64,000 nucleotides of DNA from Tubulanus polymorphus (taxonomy: Eukaryota; Animalia; Nemertea): NCBI RefSeq assembly GCF_964204645.1, contig NC_134026.1, positions 19,006,150-19,070,149 on the forward strand. Reading direction: 5' to 3'. Position 1 is the first letter of the stretch; each line of letters starts with the position of its first letter. Below are positions 1-13,100 of the stretch, in pieces. A program made the translations under genes and the position numbers. The notes below the pieces were generated by a model, which was not told the origin of the DNA, searched no databases, and saw nothing but the letters and a program-made list of their open reading frames with translations.

Positions 1-929
1 TAACGGTGCGTAACGGTTCAGTCTGAGCAATCCGATTTCTCAAAGGTAAGGACAGAATAGCATGCGTTTGAAAATTTCTGGTCCTTTTTGGCCAAAAGTA
101 GCACTTCTGAACTTTCAAAACCTGTAATCTCTACTACCAATTTTACATTATAAGCTACTTTTTAGTCTGCTTCAGGGAATATCTAATGAAAATTGCTTTT
201 TATAAAAATCCATTTCTCGAACTCTTGCGTGACTCTTCTGTACCACATTATATTATGATCATTCCACGTCGTCGATTCCCTGTTGGACGTCTGACTCATG
301 TTTACGAATGAAATTGAAGAACGCAGCTTTAGATTAGCTAATTGGGATTAACATGTAGAGTATTCTCATATTGGCCGGGTCATCGGCTGGCTGACGTTAG
401 CCGACTTTTCCATAGTCAATTTGATCATCATGGTTTATATAATATGGTTTATTTCATAACAATAGTATCGTAGAATCTTATCGAAATGAACAACTATGAC
501 TTTTAGTGCACAATATATACGTTAAATGTATTTCGATCCTAGAAAGTCCACTCATTTTCACAGTAACCGCTTAAAAACGAAACGCCGAAATTTCCCCGGA
601 TCTCGAACTGGATGTTGTAGCAGGAACGGTGTACCATCTGCACTGTCTACACTGCTTTTCGTGAAATCGATTTACGTCTACACACAATTTAATCGCCTAG
701 GCCTAATTTCTACAGAAGGGCATTGCATTGCAGTCTTCTTTAAATTATTCATTTTTTAGTCTAAATCTAGGTACAAATTCGGGTTTTAAAAGTTTAAAAT
801 ATCGACTTGTCGATTGTCGATTCTTGGTGGCTACAATGCTTATCGTATATATTTCCCATTAAGCCTATAATCTGTTCCACGGAAGCGTCCTGGAGACATA
901 TCTATTTAAAAATTGTGATTGTCGAGGCT

Positions 930-1077
930 TATTCCGAGTTATTATTCCGAGTTTGTAACTCGAAACAAACCCCCAAAAATCGCATTTAACTGAGAAAACT
1001 AGTTTATTCCGAGTTACAAACACGGAAGAAACTAGTTTTCTCAGTTAAATGCGATTTTTAAGGTTTATTCCGAGTTT
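930..1077. repeat. Short palindromic (MITE-like) repeat
   Basis: aaaaatcgcatttaactgagaaaactag (~975-1002) is mirrored by ctagttttctcagttaaatgcgattttt (~1032-1059). ttattccgagtt units recur, and a related fragment lies at ~57290-57350. Confidence 0.5.
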
Positions 1078-2116
1078 CAGTCTCTCGCACATGAATCTAT
1101 GCGCATGTCTAAGCGCATGTCCTTTTGCTATATATTTTCACGCTTTAAGTCAACTTGGTTTATGGTACAATTGCCAACTACAGTTCCCCTTGACGTGTAG
1201 GCTGTTAAAGGACGTTAGATAGCTTTTCATTTAGCTCGGAATTCGATAGGCCTATTCGTTTTTTCCTCTCTATTGTTTCTCAGTCCTATCTATCGGCTTC
1301 ATTTCATATTCAATTCCAATTAAAGTTGTTATTTGAAAGGTTAAATAGACGTGAAGCGGGGTAGATCGACGATTTCAGGCTGATGGTGCAAAATCCAAGG
1401 AGGGTGTCTGTTTTTATTCATTGAATAACATCTTTTTAAGTTTGTACGCAGACAAGCGTTCTGGAGATAGGCCTGCTTTTTAACTCAGAAAATTGAATTG
1501 CGATTTCACAGCATTCACTTTGGGAATAGCCTACCATTCACAGAAATCCGGGGGTATCACCACCATCTGGATCCACCACTGCTCTAATGGGGTTTTCCGC
1601 GGAACCAGTTAGCTGCAGAAAAATTTAATCTTAGCAATTTCTAGTCGTGTAGAAATTGAGTGACGAATAAGCTTATGATTTTGGTGCAAAGATATAAACC
1701 ATAACCCGGTATGTTTTCAAAAAAAATTAAAATCTCTATTTGCGAACTCAATTAAGTGTGAAGCGTTTGGCATTTTTTTTCTGAAGATGTATTTGCCTAA
1801 TTATATTCGAACTCGTTTTATCCATTGAGATCTTCGTAATTGCGCTAGTCTGTATGTACTTAAGAGATCCAACATTCAATGATTTAATTCTAAGTACATT
1901 GATCGTAATAAAATAATGTAGTCTATACGCCTAATTCATTATGTTGGTTGATAATCACGAAGATAAAGATAATTAGAGATTTATATTTTTTGGAGCTTGA
2001 ATGCTAAATCAGACATATGGGAAATTAATTTTCGCTGTGGGAAACGAAGCTTTCTTATATAAAGTATTTTATTCATTCTTGTTATTCATTCGGAGTAATA
2101 CTAGTATCCGACGAAC

Positions 2117-5100
2117 ATGTGGAAGATAATTTGTTTCGCGCAACTTCTGATCTGTTTGGGGGTACATGGTCAGAGGAACTACTTCGCCCTTTCCCGCGGT
2201 CTAACTGACAAGGAAAAGCAACACATTCTCGATGTCCATAACATGCTGCGGGCTCGAACAGCCAAAGGCCAAACGAAGGGTACACCAGCAGCGGCCGATA
2301 TGGTAGCATTAGTAAGTACGATTTTTATTGTCAAATATTTCGAAAGGAGATTAATCAAATTAATTTTAGCTTGATATTAGCGCAGGAAAAAGATATTTTG
2401 TATCGAGGAACATATTTGAATATGCGCTGTGAAACGTCCTAACGCGCCCGCATATTTTTCTTGCATCGGCAATTCATGGTAGGTGAAAAAGGCCATCAAA
2501 ACATGTTCCCGAAGAAAATATTTTACCTCTATATTAAGAACGGAAGATCTTTGACGATCATCATTTTTGCAACAGATGCAAATCAAAGCATCTGAAGGCA
2601 AAAAATGTTATCCGAAGTATTTATTATTGCTTACTGTCGGTGTGTCCTTTTTCACTGTCATGCGTGTTAATTTCATCATAACGAAATTGTTTTTAACACT
2701 TTAAATGTATTTGGTCGTATAACCCAGAATAACACTTGATGGCTTTGTGATATAAATTTGATTGTCAGTTAGAATAAACTCGTGACAAATCACGAAGGTT
2801 GATAGGTACATAAGATTAAGATGGAGGAATTACGATAAATCAATCGTTATAAATAAGTAATTGGGTAAAAGTAACTCATTAAAGGAACAGGTAATAATAA
2901 TCCTTCATCCATTCAAGCTAACACTTACATCCAGATCACCACACAAAGTTATGAAGCATTGAAGCTAGCATAGTGTCCTAAGGATTTCCATATAGTCTTT
3001 AAATATCTAGAAATTTTGCTTCGACATAAGTTACTTTACCCATTCGATTATTAAATACAGCATGAAATAGTTGGTCCAGTGTTGAAGTGTGTTTGTGTTG
3101 ATAGGAATGGGATGATAGACTAATGAAACAAGCACAAGGAAGAGCTGATATGTGTTTTGGACTGGCACGTGCGCATGACACCGCTAGAGAAAGACAGTTC
3201 AATCCGTATGAAAGTGTCGGACAAAACTTTTTTGGTGGTGCTACCTTGGATAGGTAAGATAGGCAAATGAGCAAGTATTTAACTATTCAGCATTCATCTT
3301 GATTTTATATTCATTAATGTACATTGGTTTTGTTGTTGATCAGGCTATGCTGAGCTTCACGTCATTATTGCTCCAACGGTCTCCATTGCCCCAGTGGTGC
3401 ATTATGTCCATCAGCCCTTGGGGCCAGGTCCGACTGACAGAACGAGATGTTGAACTACATCGTATCATTCACTTTCAGCGGAATGTTCAATCTTTGGTTT
3501 AAAGAATTGCTGACATACAGCTATCATTCTGAACACTGTGTTCCAGGTAAAATCTGCGGCCATTATCTCCAGGTATGCAAATTTCTACGTTTCCCTTTAC
3601 TAGCGTGGATTGCTTTTTCAAACCAAGGTGACAAAGTGGTCGGTACATATGTTTCTATTCTATCATACCATGTAGTTGATATGGGGAAGAACGCACATTG
3701 TTGGCTGTGGATACAACGACTGTAAAGGCAGATATGATCTAGATCGTTTTTACTGTAATTATGCTGTTGGGTAAATATCACGAATTTCAAATCCATTATG
3801 GAAACAAGTGTATTACCAAATCAACTCCTTTTGGAAGACATGTCATCTGGTCGGTCCCTCTTTTATCCTTATACCCAAATATTCACGAATAATTTCAAAT
3901 CAATAAACACACCCTTTTTCTTCGTGTTGATGTCCAATGGAGGAACGATCACTGACGAGTATTCAACATTCTTTACCATATACCATTGCGAATCCTTGAA
4001 AGTGCAGTGTCCGCCATGTAGTAATGGAACATAATATAAGTCCCAAAATTACAGTTTGACTAAAATTGTTTAATGAACTGAAAATATAGACATATGTCGA
4101 TAGACTGACGAAGGGTGATAGTAAATACCCGGTCTATACCTCATCAACTTGTAATTGCGGGACATTTAATTTTCCATTATCATTTAAAAGTGTTGTTCGA
4201 GTTGCAAAATTCCTTTTATTTACCGGTAATGCAGGGCAAGTAGTCCTTGGAATGGAGAATCAAAGAAACCATACACAGAAGGAAAACCTTGTACAAAATG
4301 TCCAGCAGGATATAGCTTTTGCATGGGAGACGCACTTTGCGGTACGATTCAATACGATTCTGTGTTTTTGGTATTTTGTGATATTTCTTATATTCATTAT
4401 TTCGTATTGTATTTATATTTACAGCGTCAAAAAAGGCGTGCGATAACAGCGATAGTAAATGTGGTATGCATTATGAAATATCCCCGGTGTACTCTCAACG
4501 AGACAACTCGACAAAAATTCTACTGATATTCTGAATATTCTCCGAAAAATAATCGAATCTTCAATTCATTTCTTATCGACTTTCAGAGTGTACATTACGA
4601 TCTTGCGAAAATGGAGGAAAACTGGATACAGGGAATTGCGTATGTAATTGTCCGAAAGAGTTTGAGGGACCTACTTGCAAAGGTAATTTCAAAGTCTCGT
4701 TGAAGATTATTTCTAATCCGGAGAGTCTTGGGGAACTGTGAAATTTTTTCTTATATCGAACATTATGCGTCCATATTGTTTATGCCGTTTAATTTTTGTT
4801 GAACTTGCTTAGTACCTTGCAAAGACAAGAGACCCATACACGAATGTACCGGTTTAAAGAAGATGGGGTATTGTGATTATTCCCAGACAGCGGCTATCTT
4901 CGATACGCTACCCAGTTGCAGGAAGACCTGTGCCTTCTGTGGTGGGTATCAAAAATCAACTCCCATCTCGTGTGTGTAATTAAATAACGTAAATTTCTAT
5001 AACTTTCTAACAAACAGGACGTGTGATTGCAATAGACAAGGGTGAAGTAAATGCCTCCAAATTCAAAACAAATGTAAAGAGAGAGAAAATGAGTGAGTAG
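2117..5100 (+). CDS. Secreted CAP/SCP (CRISP-like) protein with C-terminal EGF-like and ShK domains, 328 aa, 9 exons
   Basis: Exons: 2117-2311, 3105-3253, 3479-3572, 3676-3770, 4235-4341, 4425-4463, 4587-4682, 4813-4941, 5018-5100. All introns are GT-AG with consistent phases (987 nt total). Signal peptide MWKIICFAQLLICLGVHG. CAP motifs HNMLR, MVALEWDD, GQNF, GHYLQLIWGRTHIVGCG, FYCNY. Hinge PYTEGKPCTKCP. EGF CENGGKLDTGNCVCNCPKEFEGPTC. ShK CKDKRPIHECTGLKKMGYC...CRKTCAFC. Confidence 0.9.
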
Positions 5101-6306
5101 TCTTTCTACAACGTACTTTCATCCGCAGGGAATTATTTTTATTATACTATCAAAATCATTAGATCATAACGTCTGTCGTTGGTATAATTCATAGTCAAAT
5201 ACATGTACATCGTATAGATTCATCATGTTTTTTTTTATATCAAAAGTACGCCTACTTATTAAAACTATCACAAAGAACTGTTTTTCTAAAATGCATTTTG
5301 CTTCTGATTTATGTATTTATAGATTTGGGATAAGAAGCTGCCGAGAAACGATTATCTGTATAGGGCAAACATGATGGAAGCGCATACGAGGGGAATAGCG
5401 TCAGATAACCACCATTAATTATGTTGCATTGTAATAATATAAATCTAGCATGAATATCATAACTGGTCTGAGTGTTTATCACGTTTGTCAGCTGTCGCAT
5501 CGAACCACTTGCTAGTAATGGTCGGCTTCGTCCACAAATACTTTCTTCATTACATAAGCTTTTTGTTGCTCTCTTCACACCCTATATATACGAACACCGG
5601 GAAGTCCTCAGCGTTGTTCAATGACAGTATACAGTTCTGACATCCAATTATCAGTTAGTTTTTTTTCTATCGTTCAGGCCGACATTTTTATCACTTATAC
5701 AGTATCACCTACTGCCTGAGCACAACCCTGGAACTTTTCGTCAAAACACTATGCCGACCGGTCTGAATTCTTTCGTAATTTTTCCAAACTTTCTAGAGGT
5801 TTTTGCTATTCATATATATAAATATGGTTCGGAAACGATGAAGTCAGGGGCCAGTCACTCCTAAGCTAACCAGTTGGTAGATGACATCGTGACCATCAAA
5901 ACTACATATTAGCGTGGTATTTATCAGATATGGCTAGCCTCAGCCAACTTTTCAGCAAGTGGCCCAGCGGAGTAATATTTCTTTCCTTGCAACCAATGGA
6001 GATACTGCAACAATTGAATATCATTGCGTTGACGAATAACTTGAAAACACGTACGTTTTTCTCATTGTATGTATGATTTACATGTTCAAACCTTATCCAA
6101 AAGGCCAAATTAACAAATATTAACATATATTAGGTGGTTATATACTTTCAACATATTTCGAGAATACAGAACATATGGATTTCTATTTACTGACTGTCTG
6201 AGACAGTGCGCGCGCTTGCAGTTTCGATATAATTCGATTGTCGATTAGTCATTTGTTGTACTAAACTTACACGATTTTGGCCCTAAAAGTGGATTACTGC
6301 TCTTTT

Positions 6307-6957
6307 TCAATCGTAGATAGAATCATCGATTGCGGCGAACCTGACGGGTCCTTTTGACTTCATAGTGTCAATCCCATCAACGAATTTCACTTTATTGTGA
6401 CTCGAAGTTAAACTAGGCCGTCGTGAATCGATAACGGTTTTCTGTCCACTATCAATGTTCGAATCGGAGCGATATATGCCAGAGGATTCATTCTTCGCTT
6501 CCATTTTCGACATGGACGCTTTTGAAGAATTTGTACTTGATTGGCGATTATCGGATGAAGTCGCGATCTTTCTTCTGCCTTTATTACCAATAGCTGCAGC
6601 GTTCGGCGCTGATTTCCCTATTCCCACGTGCAATTGCGAATTATTTTGATTATAATGATAAACCATCCCCATTTTAACGCGGAACATATCCATCCCATTT
6701 CGAATTTTTTCGTTTTGCTGAGCTATAACCGACTTCTGCCTTTCTATTTTTTGCCACAATTGTTTGTACACCAACTGATGCCGACTAATTTCCAATAAAG
6801 AGATTTTAAGGTCACGTTCGTATGAGCTTACTATACTGGTACATTGTTTTTTAAGCTCTTGGTGAGTGAAATACAGTTTCTTATGCGATGACGAATTTCT
6901 TCTCGCAGCCTCATATTTTGCCTCTTTATCTAATACCCTTCCAGTTGACGGAAACAT
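6307..6957 (-). CDS. Uncharacterised protein (~216 aa): N-terminal coiled-coil-like segment, Ser-rich low-complexity C-terminus
   Basis: Long open frame. The first in-frame ATG is at 6957 (the ORF track starts at an upstream TTG). A strong acceptor-like polypyrimidine tract at ~7039-7060 suggests a 5'UTR intron. No family recognised. Confidence 0.55.
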   Translation of the reverse strand: MFPSTGRVLDKEAKYEAARRNSSSHKKLYFTHQELKKQCTSIVSSYERDLKISLLEISRHQLVYKQLWQKIERQKSVIAQQNEKIRNGMDMFRVKMGMVYHYNQNNSQLHVGIGKSAPNAAAIGNKGRRKIATSSDNRQSSTNSSKASMSKMEAKNESSGIYRSDSNIDSGQKTVIDSRRPSLTSSHNKVKFVDGIDTMKSKGPVRFAAIDDSIYD

Positions 6958-7849
6958 TTTGTTACCGGGAGAAGATGATATTCGTTGAGCCAATATTAAC
7001 CAACACTTTTTAGGTACTACCTAGCATATTGTGGTTACTGTAAAATGATAAAACAAGAAAATGCACAGTCATTGTTATTCATTATCATGACGAAACCCGT
7101 CTTATGAGCGCGTATCAAATTGATTTGACGATCAATTATGAAGCAACATAACGCATTCTCATATAGGCCTATTTCATTAGAATTATGAAGCCAAATATTC
7201 TAACCTTAAAAAGAGAAAGTCTCATTTTGTACAGTATCCCAAACGTGGTACTCACACGTAACAGGTGCAATTCATTACGACCCTGCTTTATATATACATA
7301 TAGCATTCCTGTTCAACTAGAATGAAATATGATCATCCGTTATGAATTCATTGATTCATTGTGAAGAAATGTATGTCAGCCAGTGTACGTTTGAAATAAT
7401 TGTACGATTATATCCCCCAAAGAAAGGCACACACTTTCCGGTTTGGTCGGTTCCCCAGAGAAAGTTTATATAGTATTTATTTGCCACGTCCGCGCGATCA
7501 CAGATAATCGAAATGACTCGATAAGGCGATTTTGAAACGATAATCGATTCACGCGTTCGATTTATAGCCTTCACAAAAAATGCACGCTTTGATAAATGAT
7601 AGTCATCAGCCTTTAGGGAAAACGTAACACCCAGTCCACTAGGACGTGCCATGAAAATGATGATGCGCCGGTGAGTCTGCCAATCCGCTTAAAAGATAAT
7701 GCTTTTACATATAAAACAACAGAAACAGAGTCTATGTCAACTTTATGATCCGCCTGAGACAGAGTAAAGTTATCCCACATAAAATCCATTATTCTTTACG
7801 CACATTGTGGTTAGAAGTTCAAACATTATGCATATCTAGCCGATCTGTT

Positions 7850-8140
7850 ATCTTACCACCTTACCAACTCGTTGCCTCAGCTCCGCAAAAATTACTAACA
7901 GTTCGCAGATACAAGCTCAAAACCTTTGGTTGCCGATCATTCTATGCCATCGCTCCCGAACTCTAGAACTTTCTGCAGACTCGCATCCGTCTCATAGACA
8001 ACATCTCAGCATTCAAATCAGGACTAAAATCTTATCTGTTCACTCTGTTCATTTCCAGCCGTAGAAATCATTTCTAGGGAACGCCTTTGAACATATACTG
8101 GATGAAATTGGCGCTTTATACATTTTGACATTCATTCATT
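7850..8140 (+). mobile_element. 3' fragment of L2/CR1-group LINE
   Basis: Degenerate RT C-terminus (YKLKTFGCRSFYAIAPEL*N...AFKSGLKSYLF), followed by the gcctttgaaca...ggcgctttataca 3' motif and an (ATTC)n tail. Confidence 0.7.
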
Positions 8141-10129
8141 GAATATGGTATCATCCTCTAAATTAGATACACATAACGCTTAAAACCGATCGAGGACGAG
8201 AAAAATATCTTACATCATTTTCGCGAAACCAAAGAATCTCACTCTGTGTTCCAATAAGCCGGAAGGAACTGAATAAGCCGCGAATAGGCCTCGAATAATT
8301 TCCTAGTATGAACGCTTAGTACCTTACTGAAATCCTAGTATGAACGCAGCTATAAATGCAACCTGAATGAATACTATCGGCGACAAATACCATTTTTACG
8401 GAAGAGCATTGGGGCCATATGGTTTTTTCAAAGTCGAAATTTCGAGTTTAAAAGTCGAAATTTCGATTCACGTACTATAATGGAACTATCGCTAACCGTG
8501 ATGATATGAGCAACGGCGAATTGAAGTAACCAATCTGACGGTAATGCGGGACACTGTCACAAAAAAACAAAGTGCATTTGCAAGTATTAAAAAGTCGTTT
8601 ACAACCATGCGATAAGCATACCCATGGAAATCGACGATTCACATTTTGTTTTGTATTTCAAAATCTCCATTCACGCGCCGATCAAAGAAATGCGTCAGAT
8701 TACATGAACGATCATTGAACCGTCGTGAACTTTGGAGTAAAGTCAAATGATTACTTCAAGTTTGAACTATCATGTATCAGTCAACGCAATTAATGAAATA
8801 TTCTTATCTGTGGAGGTGCGTGAGCTTTTCACCTTCATGCTGATCGTTGTATGTTTCACCGCTTCACATTTTTCAAACATTCGCCGGAGCAGAGACACCA
8901 GCTTAGATTACGTGAAAGCAATATTTTCTTGTTATTAGAGTTATTTCCACATCGCACCTGGGAGGAACTGAAGAAAAAAATGAAAAGGTGTGGAAATTGT
9001 CAATAATATGATCCAAATTACGAGATCACGAGATTGAAAATTGTTGAATTGTGATGGAAACACGACGGTGGACTAAAGAAAAGAAAAATCGTTTTTTTTA
9101 TATGATAATTTCTGGGGCGGATCCGTGCGCCAAGTATTTGATAAATGCCTAATAATGATGATATCTTAGTTGGCGTTTAAGTAAAACCCACTTAAATGTA
9201 CATATGTATCATAAAATAAGAAAAACTCGTTGTTTCTTACGTTTCCAGGCAGAACATTTAAGATAAATTCTCTTACGATGGCTGATATGTTTTTGTGAAA
9301 ACTTTCATTTATTTACCAAAATAATTCTTCAGATGAAGAATTATTTTGAAGATGAAGAGAAGAGAATAATTCTTCGTGAAGTATCTCATCTACCCATGCA
9401 AAGAAAGAAGTTTTTTATTAGCAACAAGATTCTTGTTGCTTAAAAATTTTCTTCGCATAAGAAAAGTGATAACAGTGTATTGAATCCTTTACCGTGAAAC
9501 TATTTTGTTGTACATTCTTGCTTCACTATTTTTTGACATAAGGCTAAACAAAAATGATACCTTGTTTCTCCGCAGCGGCCGGGTCATTTTTGTAAAATAT
9601 GATAAAATTTATAAACAGTTCATTTCTATACCGGCCGGGTCTGTTATGGTAAAATTGATCACGATTTCAAAAAAAGTAATGTATAGGGTAGATAGGCGGC
9701 CGGCCGGATCAACATTTAAGCTCAGCAGAGCGGAGAAACAAGGTATCAATTTTTTTAGCCTAAAACGGACTTGCCATACAATTTGTATGATTTGAAACTG
9801 ATGCTACTGTGTTTCCGCTATACAAGCCTCCGGGAGGAATTCCTAGTTCACAAAAACCTCCAATCCTCTTGTTTGTAGTTACAGGGTATGGCGAGATAAC
9901 GATGAATTGATAGATAATTGTCATGTGATATATTTTGATTGAATTGGATATGTTCCAGTTCCGTGGTTACCCTGTCGAGAAGTCTTGTAAAACCCCAAGC
10001 GTTTAGACCTAACGAAAACAATACATTCAAAGAAAAAGAAAATTCACTCAACGAATTTTATGCGACTGGTAACTACATAAATCAAACATTTATTACAACT
10101 ACTCATAGCATCGCTTCCGTCGAGTCCGT

Positions 10130-13100
10130 CTATTGGCCGGTGTTCGTCAAAGCTCCAGCTCCACCGCCATAACCGTATCCTTTCGGTCCAAAGTTTCTCC
10201 CGTAGCAACCTGAAAATTTTTAGAAAATATAGACATTTATGGATGGACATTTATAGATGCTGTGATTGTGAGGGCGATATAGATGCAGCGATTGTGAGGG
10301 CGATATAGATGCTGTGGGTGATTGGTTTCTGATTGCCGATTGCCGACCCGAGAAATGGTCGACATTCAGGTTTCTGATTGCCGATTGTCGACTCGAGAAA
10401 TGGTCGACAATCAGGTGTCTGATTGCCGATTGCCGATTGCCGCAGATCTACTTTTACCTGTTCTGGAGTTGAGCCATAGGTTTCAGTACCGATAATGCCC
10501 TTATTTCTATATATGTCAGTACTATAATCCCTCTAATCTTACTATGTGCGATTATTCATGTCTTTTATTTCATACTAGCAAAATATCTGTCCTCAGGTTT
10601 GCGTTTGCACTATAGAATACCAATTACCAGAGTACTTCTCACAGTGAATTAAATGATATTGGCTGAAATTATTTACTTTACCAGATAATTCTAAACTGAA
10701 GAAGGGTGGCGGGGTACTAGTTGTTGGTCCACTGCTTCTGGTGCTTCTAATGATTGTAACTGCTCTTCGTCTAACGTTAAGATCTGGTTTGGATGAGAAT
10801 CGTTGGACCATAACCTACGTAAATTTTTCGTTCATTTGAAACATTAAGGCCTGCATATGTGCAGAAAACTACAAACTTTCAGGTATTCTAGTTAGGTTCA
10901 CCACATCGAGTTCGTGGATGTTTATAGCTTGCAGTTTACAGATCAACAGATAATTAGAGAATGTACTAGTGGCGAACTCGACCACATGTACGAGGTCAAA
11001 CATATTTAGCGAGAATAGAAGCTCAATAACCAACGGTGTTGGACGTGGTTTTTTGGATTTGCCCCCAACTCATAGAGAGGAATCCGGTGTACTCTTGTCC
11101 CTATTTCCTCTGAACGGTTTCCACAATTTCTCTATCGTTGGCAGATGAGACGTTAACTTCAGATCCTGTCAGGGATCGTTTTGGTTTTAAAAGTTCAATC
11201 AATTACTAGCTACTTTCAGGTAGTTTATACCTCATTTTCCATAATTTTTCGTCGCTGATTTCTTGAAATCTCGCAAGATCGCTCTTGCTGCTACGGGTCT
11301 TAACTCATTCGGCCCTGGAGAATGTTTGGCTTGGATGAGTTGATCGATCAAGTGCATCAGTCGTCGGCACACGGCACACGAGGACTATTAAGTTATAATG
11401 TAAATTTAGCGTCAAGAGAAATAGTCGTATAAGTGCAATCGAGTGGCGGAATGATACCGGATCTCAAATGACAATATACAGGATGGAATGTTGCGTTGGC
11501 GTTATTCTCAGCGTTGTTCTCTTTTCCGCCGGTGTTTGTATTGGTGTTATTTCTGCTCGTATTCCTTCTTGTTGTAAAACATACTTTTCTTAATCCGGTA
11601 TTAAGATTCCCACAAAGCGGTAGATAGCCCAATTCTAACCCAACTAAATAGTAAATAGCTCTAACAAAATAACTCTTACTCACGCACGGCATAACATTCC
11701 ACTGAACCATGTATGGCGTGCTCACGTACATACACACATCTATCTATCTTCAGAAATTTTGCATTTCAGGGAAGAATAACATCGAAAAAACACCAACGCA
11801 TGATATATTCAAAATCTGTTTGAAATCATTGTTCTATGTATGTATGTATGTATGTATGTATGTATGTATGTATGTATGTATGTATGTACGAAGGTATATT
11901 GATAATTAGCTCCCTTTCTAAAGAATAGCGGAAGAGGCAGATTTATTGCTCAGATTTATCTATATTATAAGTAGCGATAACTACGGAAGCGTCCTTGAGA
12001 CATGAAAAAGATTGTTTTTCTGATTTATGGTTTAGAAAATTATTCAAGTATTTTTTGATGCGATATAACTCGTCACAAAATCGATTCAGTAATTAAGATA
12101 AATCGAACGTGTCTTTATTTTCTAATTCATAAACCGATCGTAGCTGCATTTTTTGTCTCATAAATCGAACGCGTATTTATATTTCTAAATCATAAATCGA
12201 ACCTATCTATACTTGTTAATTCATATATGGAACGTATCTGTATTTCAATCCATACATCGAACGTATCTCCACTTTTTAATTCATAAATCTAACGAACCTT
12301 CATTATTTCGTAATTCGTAAATCGAATTTTTTATCTCATTTTCTTCATTCGAAAATCGTACGTATTTCTGTTTTTTTAATTCGAAAATCAAAATAATTTT
12401 TCTAATTCGAAAATATGGCCCCATGACGGCATTGTTTTTTTGACGAGATATATCTCGTCGGTCAATAGGAAAAAAATCATAGATTTCATCAAAAAATACC
12501 TCGATCTTTTTTTCTTAATTCATTAATCAGAAAAAAACGTTTTTCTCGTGTCCCCAGGGTGCGTATAAACTATACGGCAGTGCTCTACATATCTTCGGAA
12601 TTTTTGCATGTTGATGTCGGGAATTGTTATCTGTCAGTTACCAGTAACGTACTCCCCTTAGTACATGTAACCCCACCTATGTAAGCCCCGCATGAACTTA
12701 CGCTGTATTGAGTAGAGAAATAAATCAGAGTTTACTTAGTCACCATGTCGTTGTTCACCTCTCCGGCGCTCTTGCTCATTTTACTCGGAACCTGGATCAC
12801 TTAATTTGGCATTCTTAGCCCACATTTTGGTGCCGTGACAAGGATATACAAGCAGTAAATTTGGAAACTCACCCAAGATGCCATCGAAAGAAGAGATAAT
12901 GCGAAATGCGCAAATTCGACAGATGACGAAACTTTTTGATCAGGCGAGGGAGTTACTTCATTCGGAAAGTGACGAAAGCCTAGACAAACTGTCTGGCGTC
13001 ATAACTAGAATACGTGCAAAATTGGAAGTTATCGCAGGATATGATTCGGAACTGATTGCGAACGCGGAATTAGAGAAACTCGAAGATCTCGTGTGTGAAA

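Noticed and set aside
10590-11360. Possible old minus-strand LINE fragment (RRRAVTII resembles QKRAVRII)
   Set aside because: Only one weak motif; too degraded to support.
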